Source: a virus | Taxonomy: Duplodnaviria; Caudoviricetes | IMG/VR virus record: IMGVR_UViG_3300036520_000018 | Coordinates: 4,312 to 68,311 of that record | DNA: 64,000 nucleotides | Reading direction: 5' to 3' (one strand) | Shown: positions 45,302-54,670 of the stretch, one piece after another | How the letters are laid out: every line of letters starts with the position of its first letter | How positions within the stretch are numbered: position 1 is the stretch's first letter | The notes under the pieces: generated by a model | Databases searched by the model: none | What the model was told of the DNA's origin: nothing | The model's input: the letters and a program-made list of their open reading frames with translations, nothing else | Made by a program: the position numbers and the translations under genes

Positions 45302-46720
45302 ATGGCTGCAGTAGCCTTTCACCATGGCGCCCGCGTCTTCCAGTCTGGCGAAACGCCGGTTCTGGTCTCGCTTGGCGACACCTCCGTTGTTGGCCTGCTG
45401 TGCACGGCGCCTGACGCCGACGCCACGTTGTGGCCACTCGATACCCCCGTTCTAATCACCAGCCCTACGCAGGCCGCCACCCTTGGCGCAACCGGCACGG
45501 CAAAGGATGCTCTGGACAGCATCTTCGACCAGGTGACCACACGGGTTGTGCTGGTTCGCATCGACGAGGGCGAAGACGCTTCCGAGCTCACAGCAAACGC
45601 CGTGGGCGACTTTGCCGCTCTGACCGGCATCCACGCCTTCCTCAAGGCTGAATCCCTTTCCTTGCCCCGTCCCAAGCTGTTGCTGGCGCCGGGTATCGGG
45701 CTTCCGACGGCTGCTGACGGCATTGCCAGCGCGGCAGTATCGGCTGGCGGTACGGATTACAACCAGGATACGGTCACTGCTACGGTTGCTCACGCAACGG
45801 GTAGCGGCGCCGAGATTGATGTTATCGTCACCGCTGGCGTTGTGACCAGCCTTGTGGTGCGCAAGCCTGGCTCGGGTTATACCGGCACGACGCCAACAAT
45901 CACGATTAACGGCAATGGTTCGGGAAGCGGCTCCACCGGCACTGCGACCGTCGGCACCACGGTCGGCCCAGTTATCGCCGAAGCGCAGGGTATTGCTGAA
46001 AAGCTGCGCGCCATGTTCTACGCGGACGGTCCAGACGGCACTGATGTGCAGGCGGTCCAGGCTCGCGCCAAGATCAACTCGCGCCGCGTGTTCTTCTCGG
46101 ATCCGCGCGTGCTGAAGTCCATTGACGGCTCCAACGTTCCTTCGCCGTCCAGCCCGATCTTTGTTGGCCTCCAGGCCAAGCGCGATCGTGAGCGTGGGCC
46201 GCACTGGCCCGGTTCGAACATGGGCATCAACGGCATCGTTGGGACGAACCGCGGCGTGCTCTATGGCGATCAGGCCAACTACCTCAACGAGAACCGCGTC
46301 AACACCATCATCAACAAGAACGGCCTTCGTGCTTGGGGTGTGTGGACCTGCGATAGCGATCCGATCTGGCAGTTCGTAAACGTGGTTCGCACCACGGACG
46401 CGGTCAACGAAGCCATCGAGAACGCATTCCTCGAGTTCATCGATCGGCCGATGACCCGCGCCAATCTGGACTTTATGGTCTGGTCCGGCGTGCAGGCGCT
46501 GCGCAACTTTGAAAACGACGGCATGCTTCTGCCAGGTTCGATCTTCCGGCTGTCCAACGACAATACGCCGACCACGGGCGCGCAGGGCATTGTGAAGTTT
46601 GCTATGGCGCTAGAAGTACCTAGTCCAATCGTTGACTTGCGCATCCAAGGCCACCGCAACATTGAGATCGCCTACGAAGCGCTCTTCAACAGCGTCACCG
46701 GCGAGTTCATCTCTGCCTGA
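45302..46720 (+). CDS. Tail sheath protein
   Basis: FHHGARV, LTGIHAFL, GLRAWG and WQFVNVVRT motifs. Confidence 0.95.
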   Translation: MAAVAFHHGARVFQSGETPVLVSLGDTSVVGLLCTAPDADATLWPLDTPVLITSPTQAATLGATGTAKDALDSIFDQVTTRVVLVRIDEGEDASELTANAVGDFAALTGIHAFLKAESLSLPRPKLLLAPGIGLPTAADGIASAAVSAGGTDYNQDTVTATVAHATGSGAEIDVIVTAGVVTSLVVRKPGSGYTGTTPTITINGNGSGSGSTGTATVGTTVGPVIAEAQGIAEKLRAMFYADGPDGTDVQAVQARAKINSRRVFFSDPRVLKSIDGSNVPSPSSPIFVGLQAKRDRERGPHWPGSNMGINGIVGTNRGVLYGDQANYLNENRVNTIINKNGLRAWGVWTCDSDPIWQFVNVVRTTDAVNEAIENAFLEFIDRPMTRANLDFMVWSGVQALRNFENDGMLLPGSIFRLSNDNTPTTGAQGIVKFAMALEVPSPIVDLRIQGHRNIEIAYEALFNSVTGEFISA

Positions 46721-46773
46721 CACCGCGCAAATGGCCTGCCTTCGGGCGGGCCGCACTCATTTAGGAGCCATCA

Positions 46774-47286
46774 ATGGCAAAAAATCTTCCTGCTTATGTG
46801 CTGCGCGACTGCACACTGTTCGTCGACGCTGAATCACAGATCGGCCAGACCGATGAAATCGTCCTGCCCGTTCTCGAGGTGAAGTCTGAAGAGATGCGCA
46901 ACGGCGGCATGATCAAGCCGCGCCGCATCCACATGGGCTATAACACCACGGACGCAAGCTTCACCTTTACCAGCTTTGACCCTGCGCTGATCGCCTTGTT
47001 CGGTCTTGAAGCCGGCAAGGAAATCCCGATCATCGCCTACGGCTACTTCCAGGACGAAGACGGCGCAGAGCACGAAGGTCGCGCCGAGATGCGCGGCTTC
47101 TTCACCAAGAATGACGCCGGCACCTGGAAGGCCGGCGACGTAGCATCGAACTCCACCGAGTTCACTGCGCACGCCTACCGCATCTTCATGGACGATGAAG
47201 AAATCCTGTCGGTCGACGACTTCGACGTGAAGCGCAATGGCGTGTCAGAACGTCCGGGCCGTCGTGCTGCGCTGCGGTTTGATTAG
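46774..47286 (+). CDS. Tail tube protein (P2 FII family)
   Basis: LP.LEVKSEEMRNGGM; GTWKAGD. Confidence 0.92.
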   Translation: MAKNLPAYVLRDCTLFVDAESQIGQTDEIVLPVLEVKSEEMRNGGMIKPRRIHMGYNTTDASFTFTSFDPALIALFGLEAGKEIPIIAYGYFQDEDGAEHEGRAEMRGFFTKNDAGTWKAGDVASNSTEFTAHAYRIFMDDEEILSVDDFDVKRNGVSERPGRRAALRFD

Positions 47287-47786
47287 CTGCAGTAGCGGGG
47301 ATCGCGCAGCTTCCATCTTTGGCAGTACGCTTGTGCCATCTGAGTTCCCAGCCCATGGAGCGACGCTTCTGTAGCAAGCGGGAAGAGGAAGGGTTGCGGC
47401 GTTTCTGGATTGAGCTGCGCAAGATCGTCAGCCTTCCAGGTGATGGTGCCAGCATCATCCATGATCGGGTTTCCGAACTTGTCGTAGGCTGGAACCGTGA
47501 TCATCACGTCCAGATAATCGAAGTCGATCCCACTATTTTCCATAACCTTGGCGACGGACAAGACGTCCTTGCCAAGGTTGTAGAAATCCAAGTTCGCACC
47601 ATCCAGACCAGCGATCTTGATGTCTACCATCAGCTTCTTGAAGTCCGGCTGATCCACAAAGTCACCGCTTACGAAGCGCTCGCCGACAGCGCTTTGAACA
47701 GTGCTCATGTCGAACGCCTGTTGCGCGCCAGCCGGGGTAACCAGCATCAGCGCGCCCAACACCCCACAAATTCTCAGAGGAACCAT
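47283..47786 (-). CDS. Exported hypothetical protein (moron)
   Basis: Signal-peptide-like N-terminus MVPLRICGVLGALMLVTPAGA; antisense inside the tail operon. Confidence 0.65.
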   Translation of the reverse strand: MVPLRICGVLGALMLVTPAGAQQAFDMSTVQSAVGERFVSGDFVDQPDFKKLMVDIKIAGLDGANLDFYNLGKDVLSVAKVMENSGIDFDYLDVMITVPAYDKFGNPIMDDAGTITWKADDLAQLNPETPQPFLFPLATEASLHGLGTQMAQAYCQRWKLRDPRYCS

Positions 47787-48087
47787 GCCCATCACCCCAG
47801 TTACGGTTACATTGACCGAAGAAGTCGAACACGGCAAGGTCATCTATCGCGAAGTCACCTTTGCCCGACGCATGAAGGGCAAGGACATGGTTGCCATGGA
47901 TGCCGTCCAAGGCGGCATGCGAAAGACCTACGCGCTATATGCCAGCATGGCCGGCGTACCTATGCAGGTTTTCCTGGAGATGAATGCAGAAGACCTCGAG
48001 GCAGTCGCGCAGGCGGTCGCGGATCTGACGGGAAAGTCTTCAGCGGCGAGGGAGACCCCAGAGCAAAGTCCGGCGGCAACGGCGTAG
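47785..48087 (+). CDS. Tail assembly chaperone (gpE/gp41-like)
   Basis: VTLTEEV...R.M.GKDMVA...MNAEDL. Confidence 0.85.
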   Translation: MPITPVTVTLTEEVEHGKVIYREVTFARRMKGKDMVAMDAVQGGMRKTYALYASMAGVPMQVFLEMNAEDLEAVAQAVADLTGKSSAARETPEQSPAATA

Positions 48088-48233
48088 GTAGCCAATGGCG
48101 CGATGTCATTGCGCGGATTGCTCGCTACCTGAGCACACCAATACCGATGGTTGAGGATATGGATGGGGATGACGTCATCGCCTACCACGCTGCAGTCATG
48201 CGGATTCTAGAAGCCGAGCAGCCGCAAGGATAA
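48030..48233 (+). other. -1 programmed frameshift site and extended chaperone
   Basis: G-GGA-AAG slippery heptamer at 48030-48036; the -1 frame stays open to 48233 and encodes WRDVIARIARYLSTP...M...VIAY. Confidence 0.85.
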
Positions 48234-48236
48234 CCG

Positions 48237-50357
48237 ATGGTCAGGTTAAAATCAGAACTCGAGCTTAGCCTCGTCGATCATGTCTCGCCGGGTGCTCGCC
48301 GTATCGAGCAGAATCTGCAGCGTCTGCAAGATCAGCAGATGCTCAACGCGCAGCGGTTCGACCAACACCGCAACGCTATGCTGGGTGCGGCCGCGGCGGG
48401 CTACGTCATGGCGCGAGCTCTAGCAACTCCAATCCAGTCATCCATAGAATTCTCCACCCAGCTTGAAGACATCCGCCAGAAGGCAGATATGTCGGCCGAA
48501 GCGATCGAGCGGTTAGGCCGCGCCGGGCGAGACGTTGGGCTGGAAACCGCGCAGGGCGCTGGCACCATAGCCGGCGCAATTGACTCGATGGTTGGATCCG
48601 GTGCTGTGTCGCCGGACCAAGCCGTTGCTATTTCCACACCGCTTGGCAAAGCGTCGACCGCATACGAGGCTGACCCGACTGAGATGGCAAACGCCACTTC
48701 TGCGATGGTGCTTCAAATGGGCATCGCCGCCGAGGATATGGAAAAAGCCTACGACATTATGGCCGTGGCCGGGAAGCAGGGTTCATTCGAACTCAAGGAT
48801 ATGGCGGCCGAGTTCCCAGGTGTTTTGGCGAACGCCAAATCGCTTGGCATCGAGGGTGAAAAGGGTATTGCCTCTGTTGTGGCTTGGCTCCAGATCGCCC
48901 GTCGAGGTACGGCCACGGGCTCTGAAGCCGCAACTAACATGTCCAATTTCATGGGCAAGGTGCTTGCTCCAGACTCAATTAAGAATTTCGGGGAAGCCGG
49001 CGTAAACATCGTCAACGAGATGAATCGCGCCTTAGAGGCAAATGTCGACCCGATCGAGCACGTCATCGGTATTATCAACGGCTTAACTGACGGTCAGCGC
49101 GACAAAATGGGCGAACTGTTCGCCGACAAGCAGGTGATGGACTTCATCCTGCAGGCTACTAAGGGCTTGGAGGAATATAGACGCATCCGCGATGAAGCTT
49201 TGGCAGCAGACGGCACCGTGGAGGCTGACTTCCAAGCTCGTCTCGCCACTCCGGCTGGCGCAATTGCTCGCTTCGAAGCATCAATCGAGAACCTAAACAT
49301 CGCGGTTGGTAACTCGCTTGTCCCGGCGTTGGCGCGGTTTGCTGAGTCTGTCACACCGATGATTGACGGTGTAGCCTCCTTTGTTGATGCCAATGCCGAG
49401 CTCGTTGCCGCAGTCGTCGAGATCACTGCTGCACTCATTGGTTTGCGACTCCTGGCATCCGCCGGCGGTCTTGCCGGTGCGTTATTCGGAATGGGCGGCG
49501 GCAAAGATGGCGGCTTGTTTGGCTTGGGTGGCGGAGCAGGAAACGGCGGCCCCAACGGCAAACCCGGCGGGCGCACCGGCGGCAAGGGGTTTGCCTGGTG
49601 GGGCTTCGCTGGCTTCAATGCGATTGCTGCAGCGCAGGATTACCTGGCCGCAGGCGAGGGGATCAAGATGCGCAAGCCTGGACAGTCCGATGAGGACTGG
49701 TCTGCGCAGACCAAGGCGAGCGCGGACGCGCTGGCAGCTCAGAACAAGGCGCTTGAAGACACTCTGCTCAATTGGGACGTTGGTGGATTTAAGCCGTTCC
49801 AGGCAGTAAAGGCGGCTTCTGACGTATTCAATAACCGCGAAGGCGGCATCGGCGGCGGTTACACTGGTGCCACGCAGGGTCAGATCGACGCCTTGAAGGC
49901 AGAGATGGCCCGCCTTGATGCGGAGATTGCTGACTGGGGGCTGGAGCCGGCGCTAGAAGAGCGTCGGGCAAACCTCCAAGCCAAGCTCGCGCAGATGGAA
50001 GCCGAACTTCGCTCTTCGGGCGAGGGCATGGGCACCCAGATGACCGAAGGTATGGCGGCTACGCTCCCAGGTCTGAATGCGCAAATGATGGCGATCATGG
50101 ATCGACTGCGGTTTACTGCAGCATCTGGCGTCAGGATACCCGTGACGATGTCCGCACCGGGTGGGGTTGCGCCACCTGCTGGGCCAGGTCCGAGGGCGGC
50201 TCCGTCCGGTAGCGGCACAACCGTCATCAACAACACCTTTGGGCCGACTAACGTTCAGACGCCCACGAACGCCAACCCACGTCAGATCGCCCAAGCCATG
50301 GGTGACCAGGTGGGAGCGAAAGTTCGGGCGGCACACACCAACGGAGGCATGGCATAA
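48237..50357 (+). CDS. Tape measure protein (TP901 type)
   Basis: Ala/Gly-rich; AGKQGSFELKDMA..FP; EAATNMSNF..K. Confidence 0.92.
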   Translation: MVRLKSELELSLVDHVSPGARRIEQNLQRLQDQQMLNAQRFDQHRNAMLGAAAAGYVMARALATPIQSSIEFSTQLEDIRQKADMSAEAIERLGRAGRDVGLETAQGAGTIAGAIDSMVGSGAVSPDQAVAISTPLGKASTAYEADPTEMANATSAMVLQMGIAAEDMEKAYDIMAVAGKQGSFELKDMAAEFPGVLANAKSLGIEGEKGIASVVAWLQIARRGTATGSEAATNMSNFMGKVLAPDSIKNFGEAGVNIVNEMNRALEANVDPIEHVIGIINGLTDGQRDKMGELFADKQVMDFILQATKGLEEYRRIRDEALAADGTVEADFQARLATPAGAIARFEASIENLNIAVGNSLVPALARFAESVTPMIDGVASFVDANAELVAAVVEITAALIGLRLLASAGGLAGALFGMGGGKDGGLFGLGGGAGNGGPNGKPGGRTGGKGFAWWGFAGFNAIAAAQDYLAAGEGIKMRKPGQSDEDWSAQTKASADALAAQNKALEDTLLNWDVGGFKPFQAVKAASDVFNNREGGIGGGYTGATQGQIDALKAEMARLDAEIADWGLEPALEERRANLQAKLAQMEAELRSSGEGMGTQMTEGMAATLPGLNAQMMAIMDRLRFTAASGVRIPVTMSAPGGVAPPAGPGPRAAPSGSGTTVINNTFGPTNVQTPTNANPRQIAQAMGDQVGAKVRAAHTNGGMA

Positions 50358-50788
50358 TGGCAGGACCAGTAGTTGCCGCCCTTGGCGCGTTCGCTTTCGA
50401 GGCTCACGGCTTTGGCCTGACAGAGCTTGCTCGAAGCACCAGAACAGAGTGGGCAGCCATTCAGGTTGCAGGCGGCATGGACCGCCTGCAATGGACTGGC
50501 GGAGAAAGCGACACCCTTTCAATCAAGGGCGTGCTGTTCCCGGAAACTTTCGGGGGGCTTGCTTCGCTGAACGGTATTCGCGATGCGGCGATGGCCGGAA
50601 CTCCGCTGATGTTCGTCAACTACGCCGGCCAGATATTCGGGCTGCACGTGATCGAAAGCATCGACGAGGACCGCAGTCTCCTCGACCGCAATGGCCTGCC
50701 ACGGCGTGACGCTTATACGCTGAACCTCCGCCGATACCAGGGCGGTGACTTCTCGCCGCAGTCTGTGCTGATCGGCCTCTTCAACTAG
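50357..50788 (+). CDS. Tail protein gpU
   Basis: LQWTGGESDTLSIKGVLFP; G..VIESIDE. Confidence 0.9.
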   Translation: MAGPVVAALGAFAFEAHGFGLTELARSTRTEWAAIQVAGGMDRLQWTGGESDTLSIKGVLFPETFGGLASLNGIRDAAMAGTPLMFVNYAGQIFGLHVIESIDEDRSLLDRNGLPRRDAYTLNLRRYQGGDFSPQSVLIGLFN

Positions 50789-50795
50789 GTGACTC

Positions 50796-51002
50796 ATGGA
50801 GACTGAAATCAGCGTGCAGGGCGACACGGTCGACCTGATCTGCCGGCGCGTCTATGGCGACGAGAGCGGCTATGTTGAGGCGGTGCTAAATGCCAACCCT
50901 GGCCTCGCGGCAATTGGACCCATCCTGCCGATCGGCACTGCGGTACAGATGCCGGAACTCGAAAAGCCAGCCGAACTTCCGACCATCTCGCTCTGGGATT
51001 AA
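50796..51002 (+). CDS. Tail protein X
   Basis: GDTVDLICRRVYG...VL.ANPGLA...LP.GTAV.MP...LWD. Confidence 0.92.
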   Translation: METEISVQGDTVDLICRRVYGDESGYVEAVLNANPGLAAIGPILPIGTAVQMPELEKPAELPTISLWD

Positions 51003-51003
51003 C

Positions 51004-51729
51004 ATGAGACCACAGTGCAAGATCACCATCGACGGCAAGCTGGCGTCCGGCGTGTTCATGGAGCGGTTAATCTCGTGCGAGGTCACCGACAAGGACGGCT
51101 TCACGTCTGACTCGGTGTCTATTGAGTTGAACGACTTCCCGCCGGCGGCCATTCCGCGCAAGGGCGCCAAGATCCGGGTCTGGATGGGCTACACCGCCGG
51201 GTCGCTGTCGTTCATGGGCGCCTTCACCGTGGACGAGGTAACGGTCACCTGCCTGCCGTACACCATGTCTATCTCCGGCAAAGGCGCCGACTTCAAGGGC
51301 GATGCAAAAACGCAGAAGGCACGGCACTGGGACGACAAGACCCTGAAGGACATCGTCGGCGACATTGCTGGGGACCTCGGCTTGTCGGCGAAGGTCGACT
51401 CCGTCATCGGGGCGTTCAAGTACCCGTGGTTAGGGCAGGAGACAGAAAGCCCGCTCGAGTTCCTGGAGCGCTTAGCCAAACGGCACAACGCACTGTTCTC
51501 GATCAAGGACGGCAATCTCGTATTCTCCGAGAAGGGCAGCGGTAAGAATGCCGGCGGGACGGCGCTAAGCCCCGTCACCATCCGGCCGGCGGACCTAGTT
51601 GAAGGCTCAGCCAAGATACGCTTCGCTGATCGCTCGGAAGTCGAGGCCGTAAAAGCCAATTGGTATGACCGCGTCGAGGCGCGGCTTAAAACCGTCGAAG
51701 AAACCATTGAGGAGGCCGCCGATGAGTAA
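51004..51729 (+). CDS. Late control protein gpD, N-terminal part
   Basis: RLIS..VTD..G..SD; Q..ES..EFL.RLA; stops before the family C-terminus. Confidence 0.85.
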   Translation: MRPQCKITIDGKLASGVFMERLISCEVTDKDGFTSDSVSIELNDFPPAAIPRKGAKIRVWMGYTAGSLSFMGAFTVDEVTVTCLPYTMSISGKGADFKGDAKTQKARHWDDKTLKDIVGDIAGDLGLSAKVDSVIGAFKYPWLGQETESPLEFLERLAKRHNALFSIKDGNLVFSEKGSGKNAGGTALSPVTIRPADLVEGSAKIRFADRSEVEAVKANWYDRVEARLKTVEETIEEAADE

Positions 51730-51988
51730 GTTCGAGATCGGCGTGCCTTTGATGGACGAACCAGAGGCCAAGGCGACAGCCAAGGCTAAAGCCAAGAACC
51801 TAAAGCGCGAGACCATCACCGCAAGCTGCACTGTGATTGGTGATCCAAACATCAGGGCAGGGGCGCCGATGTCGTTCTCAGGGGTGCGTCCGGGGGTGGA
51901 CGGGCTGCAGTTCATTATCGAGAGCGCCACTCATAGCTTCAGCAAGTCGGGCTACACGACTGACATCGAAGCCAAGCTGAAGGTTTAG
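51722..51988 (+). CDS. gpD C-terminal part as a separate +1-frame ORF
   Basis: EAKA.AKAK...GDPNIRAGAP...GVRPGVDG...H.FSKSGYTT. Confidence 0.8.
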   Translation: MSKFEIGVPLMDEPEAKATAKAKAKNLKRETITASCTVIGDPNIRAGAPMSFSGVRPGVDGLQFIIESATHSFSKSGYTTDIEAKLKV

Positions 51989-52212
51989 CGCTCCGGCGGG
52001 TCCAGTACGGCATAGCCTTGCGAAGCCAATTGCGCTTCCAGCGACACGGCATCTGTGTCGCCAAACATGCGGTCTTCGGTGTTCGTTGTTACGAAGTACG
52101 TCCAGCCAGATCGGTATTGCTCCGGAACTGGAAACATGGGAGCCGCTGGCAAGACCAGCAACTGGTTTTGCAACTTCCCATCCTTCCGAGTGATGAATAC
52201 GTTGACCTGCAT
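51985..52212 (-). CDS. Hypothetical protein
   Basis: 75 aa, downstream of the nuclease gene on the same strand. Confidence 0.6.
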   Translation of the reverse strand: MQVNVFITRKDGKLQNQLLVLPAAPMFPVPEQYRSGWTYFVTTNTEDRMFGDTDAVSLEAQLASQGYAVLDPPER

Positions 52213-52217
52213 GTTCG

Positions 52218-52607
52218 CTAGTTACACCACGACCGCCTGCCCTCATAGGGTCGAGCAACGCCCGCACTGATCAGTGCGGCAGTGACGTCAACGCCACCTG
52301 CATAGACATCGGCCAGCGTTCGACCATAACGATCTTCGCCGTGTCGCTCGACAGCGATGTCGCCGCTGTTGAGCACGGCGAGAAGGGTGTCTCGCGCCTG
52401 ATTGCCTAAGGCACGTTCGGCGCTGCATTGCGGCTGCGAAATCTCCGGCGCATCCAAACCCTCGATCCTGATCTTCTCGCCTTGCAGCCAGAACGTGTCG
52501 CCATCAACGACGCAGGTCACGCGCTTGCCTGACCCGCAAAGGCTCATCGCCGAAGCGGGCGCGCAGAGCGAAACAGCAAGTGCGGCCGCGAGCAAGGTCC
52601 TAAGCAT
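52218..52607 (-). CDS. Secreted thermonuclease (SNase) family protein
   Basis: Signal peptide; VVDGDT, IRIEGLDAPE and DRYGRTLA motifs. Confidence 0.92.
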   Translation of the reverse strand: MLRTLLAAALAVSLCAPASAMSLCGSGKRVTCVVDGDTFWLQGEKIRIEGLDAPEISQPQCSAERALGNQARDTLLAVLNSGDIAVERHGEDRYGRTLADVYAGGVDVTAALISAGVARPYEGRRSWCN

Positions 52608-52663
52608 TCCTGTTGGCTCCTCCAGAGTCGACCAAACCATATCCCCACATTGAGGAGCATACC

Positions 52664-53401
52664 ATGCCCGCTTCACAAGCGGCGCTTCCGCTCGTCGACT
52701 TCGACGTAGCGATCGAAGTTGCCAGTCACGAGGCGCTGATCCGCCAAACTTACAAGGACTCGGTCGGTGTGCTGACCTGGTGTGTTGGAATGACCAATGC
52801 GACGGGCCACTCGGTTGAGCGGTACATCAGCAAGCCCGCCTCGGTAGAGCACTGCATGCGGCTGTTCGCTTGGGCGCTGCGCAACTACGCCGTTGGTGTT
52901 TACCGCGCCTTTGAAGGCCACACGCTCACCAAGGCTCAGTTCGCCGCAGCGTTGTCGTTCCATTGGAACACCGGTGCGATCGAGACAGCATCCTGGGTGA
53001 AGCATTGGAAAGCCGGTCGCATCGACCAATCCAAAGAAGCCTTCATGCACTGGAACAAGCCGAGGGAAATTACCGGCCGACGCGAGAAGGAGCGTGACCT
53101 GTTCTTCGACGGTAAGTGGTCGAACAACGGCACGATGACCGAGTACACCCGGCTAACCAAGAAGATGACTCCCGTCTGGTCGAGCGCCAAGAAGCTCGAC
53201 GTCAGCAAGGAACTGCGCGCTGCTTTCGCTGGAACGCCTGCGGTCATCATCGACCAGGCTCCTCAACCGAACGCACCTGTAACCACCCCAACCTTGTCCC
53301 CCAACCACAGCCCGCAAGCTCTGCTTGTGATCGCTGTTATCGGCGCCGTTGCGGCAGCTGGCACTTGGGTGTGGACGAAGATCAAAGGTAAACTGAAATG
53401 A
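52664..53401 (+). CDS. Endolysin (GH24 lysozyme) with C-terminal hydrophobic segment
   Basis: HEA...YKDSVGVLT..VG.T; QFAAALSF.WNTG; RR.KE..LF. Confidence 0.9.
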   Translation: MPASQAALPLVDFDVAIEVASHEALIRQTYKDSVGVLTWCVGMTNATGHSVERYISKPASVEHCMRLFAWALRNYAVGVYRAFEGHTLTKAQFAAALSFHWNTGAIETASWVKHWKAGRIDQSKEAFMHWNKPREITGRREKERDLFFDGKWSNNGTMTEYTRLTKKMTPVWSSAKKLDVSKELRAAFAGTPAVIIDQAPQPNAPVTTPTLSPNHSPQALLVIAVIGAVAAAGTWVWTKIKGKLK

Positions 53402-53598
53402 GCGTCTACGTTCGTATCGGCCTGCGCTACCTCGCAGGCTATCTCGCCTTACATGGCATTCTGAGCCAAGACCTAGCTGACACCCTCGCCGGTGATCCAG
53501 ACATCGTCGCAGCAGTCGAGACCTTGGCAGGCTTCGCAGTCGCAGCGGGCACGGAACTCTACTATCGCGCTGCCAAGAAATACGGCTGGCCAACGTGA
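53398..53598 (+). CDS. Putative holin
   Basis: 66 aa with two hydrophobic helices, immediately after the endolysin. Confidence 0.6.
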   Translation: MSVYVRIGLRYLAGYLALHGILSQDLADTLAGDPDIVAAVETLAGFAVAAGTELYYRAAKKYGWPT

Positions 53599-53957
53599 GC
53601 CTGCTCGCGCTTATTCCAGTCATCGGTGCCATCCTCGATCCGGTTGGCCGGATCGGGGAACTCATCGCCAAGACCAAGTACCAGTCCACTGTGGCTGGTA
53701 ATGATCGCGAAAAGATCGCCGCTGATGAGCGTGTTCGCACGCTCGAGCTAAAGCGCGACAGCCTCGTGCTCGATCCGTGGGCGCCACTGGTTCGCCTTGG
53801 CTTCGCGCTCCCATTTGTTATCTACAACATCAAGCTGGTGCTGTGGGACAAACTGCTGGGGTGGGGCGTCACGGACCCGCTCAGCGATCACCTGATGACC
53901 GTCCAATTGGCGGCCATCGGCTTCTACTTTCTCCACTCCATCTTCTCGCGTCGCTGA
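53595..53957 (+). CDS. Lysis-cassette membrane protein
   Basis: N- and C-terminal hydrophobic segments. Confidence 0.6.
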   Translation: MSLLALIPVIGAILDPVGRIGELIAKTKYQSTVAGNDREKIAADERVRTLELKRDSLVLDPWAPLVRLGFALPFVIYNIKLVLWDKLLGWGVTDPLSDHLMTVQLAAIGFYFLHSIFSRR

Positions 53958-53981
53958 TGGGCCGTACTGAACACTAGCCAA

Positions 53982-54302
53982 ATGCAGGCAGAACGTATGA
54001 CCACCCCACCCAATCCGGCGATCTGGGATCAGATTCAGTTACTCGCCATCTCAGGCGTCGCCGGCGCTTTCTTCCGCGCTGTCATAGCGCCCGAACAGCA
54101 ATGGAAGCGCCGTGTAGCGCAGGGCGTTGCGGGTGCCTTCTCAGCGCTGTTTCTCGGCGGCTTGGTCGGCCACGCAGTTGATGCTGTCACGCACGCTGGA
54201 CCCTACGCCTACCTTAGTGCCGGCTTCATCATGGGCTCGGGGGGTGAACTTGCCGTGAAGGCGATCCAGGATCGCATCCTGGGTGGGAGCATCAAGAAAT
54301 GA
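53982..54302 (+). CDS. Holin-like membrane protein
   Basis: Three hydrophobic segments; start may be 53997. Confidence 0.6.
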   Translation: MQAERMTTPPNPAIWDQIQLLAISGVAGAFFRAVIAPEQQWKRRVAQGVAGAFSALFLGGLVGHAVDAVTHAGPYAYLSAGFIMGSGGELAVKAIQDRILGGSIKK

Positions 54303-54583
54303 ATGATCTGATCCTCTGGGGCAACAACGTCACCTCGTTTATCGTGGTCATGCTGTGCTGGTGGTTGGCCCATGCCCATGCAGGCTCAGCGTACTTCTTG
54401 CGCAGGGTTCTTGCTACCGCCTACGGCGCCTTTGGGTTCACCACATTCGGTATCATGTTGTACCGCAACATCGTAGACGACATGCCTTGGCTGGCCATCT
54501 GCGGTAAGCTGGCGCTGATCTACTTGTTCAGCGTGCTTGTGTATCGGCAGTACCACAAAACGTTAGCTATGCGCGTCAAGTAG
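54299..54583 (+). CDS. Membrane protein
   Basis: Three hydrophobic segments and a basic C-terminus. Confidence 0.6.
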   Translation: MNDLILWGNNVTSFIVVMLCWWLAHAHAGSAYFLRRVLATAYGAFGFTTFGIMLYRNIVDDMPWLAICGKLALIYLFSVLVYRQYHKTLAMRVK

Positions 54584-54598
54584 CATAATCGCAATAAG

Positions 54599-54623
54599 AT
54601 GCGATAATATGCGTTTCAATGCA
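54599..54623 (+). promoter_or_regulatory. Dispersed motif copy 7 (triple)
   Basis: ATGCG-ATAAT-ATGCG-TTTCA-ATGCA ahead of the protease and nucleotide genes. Confidence 0.65.
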
Positions 54624-54670
54624 AAACGACACACAACCATAGTTCTCCTACACCACAACAGGAGGGCTCC

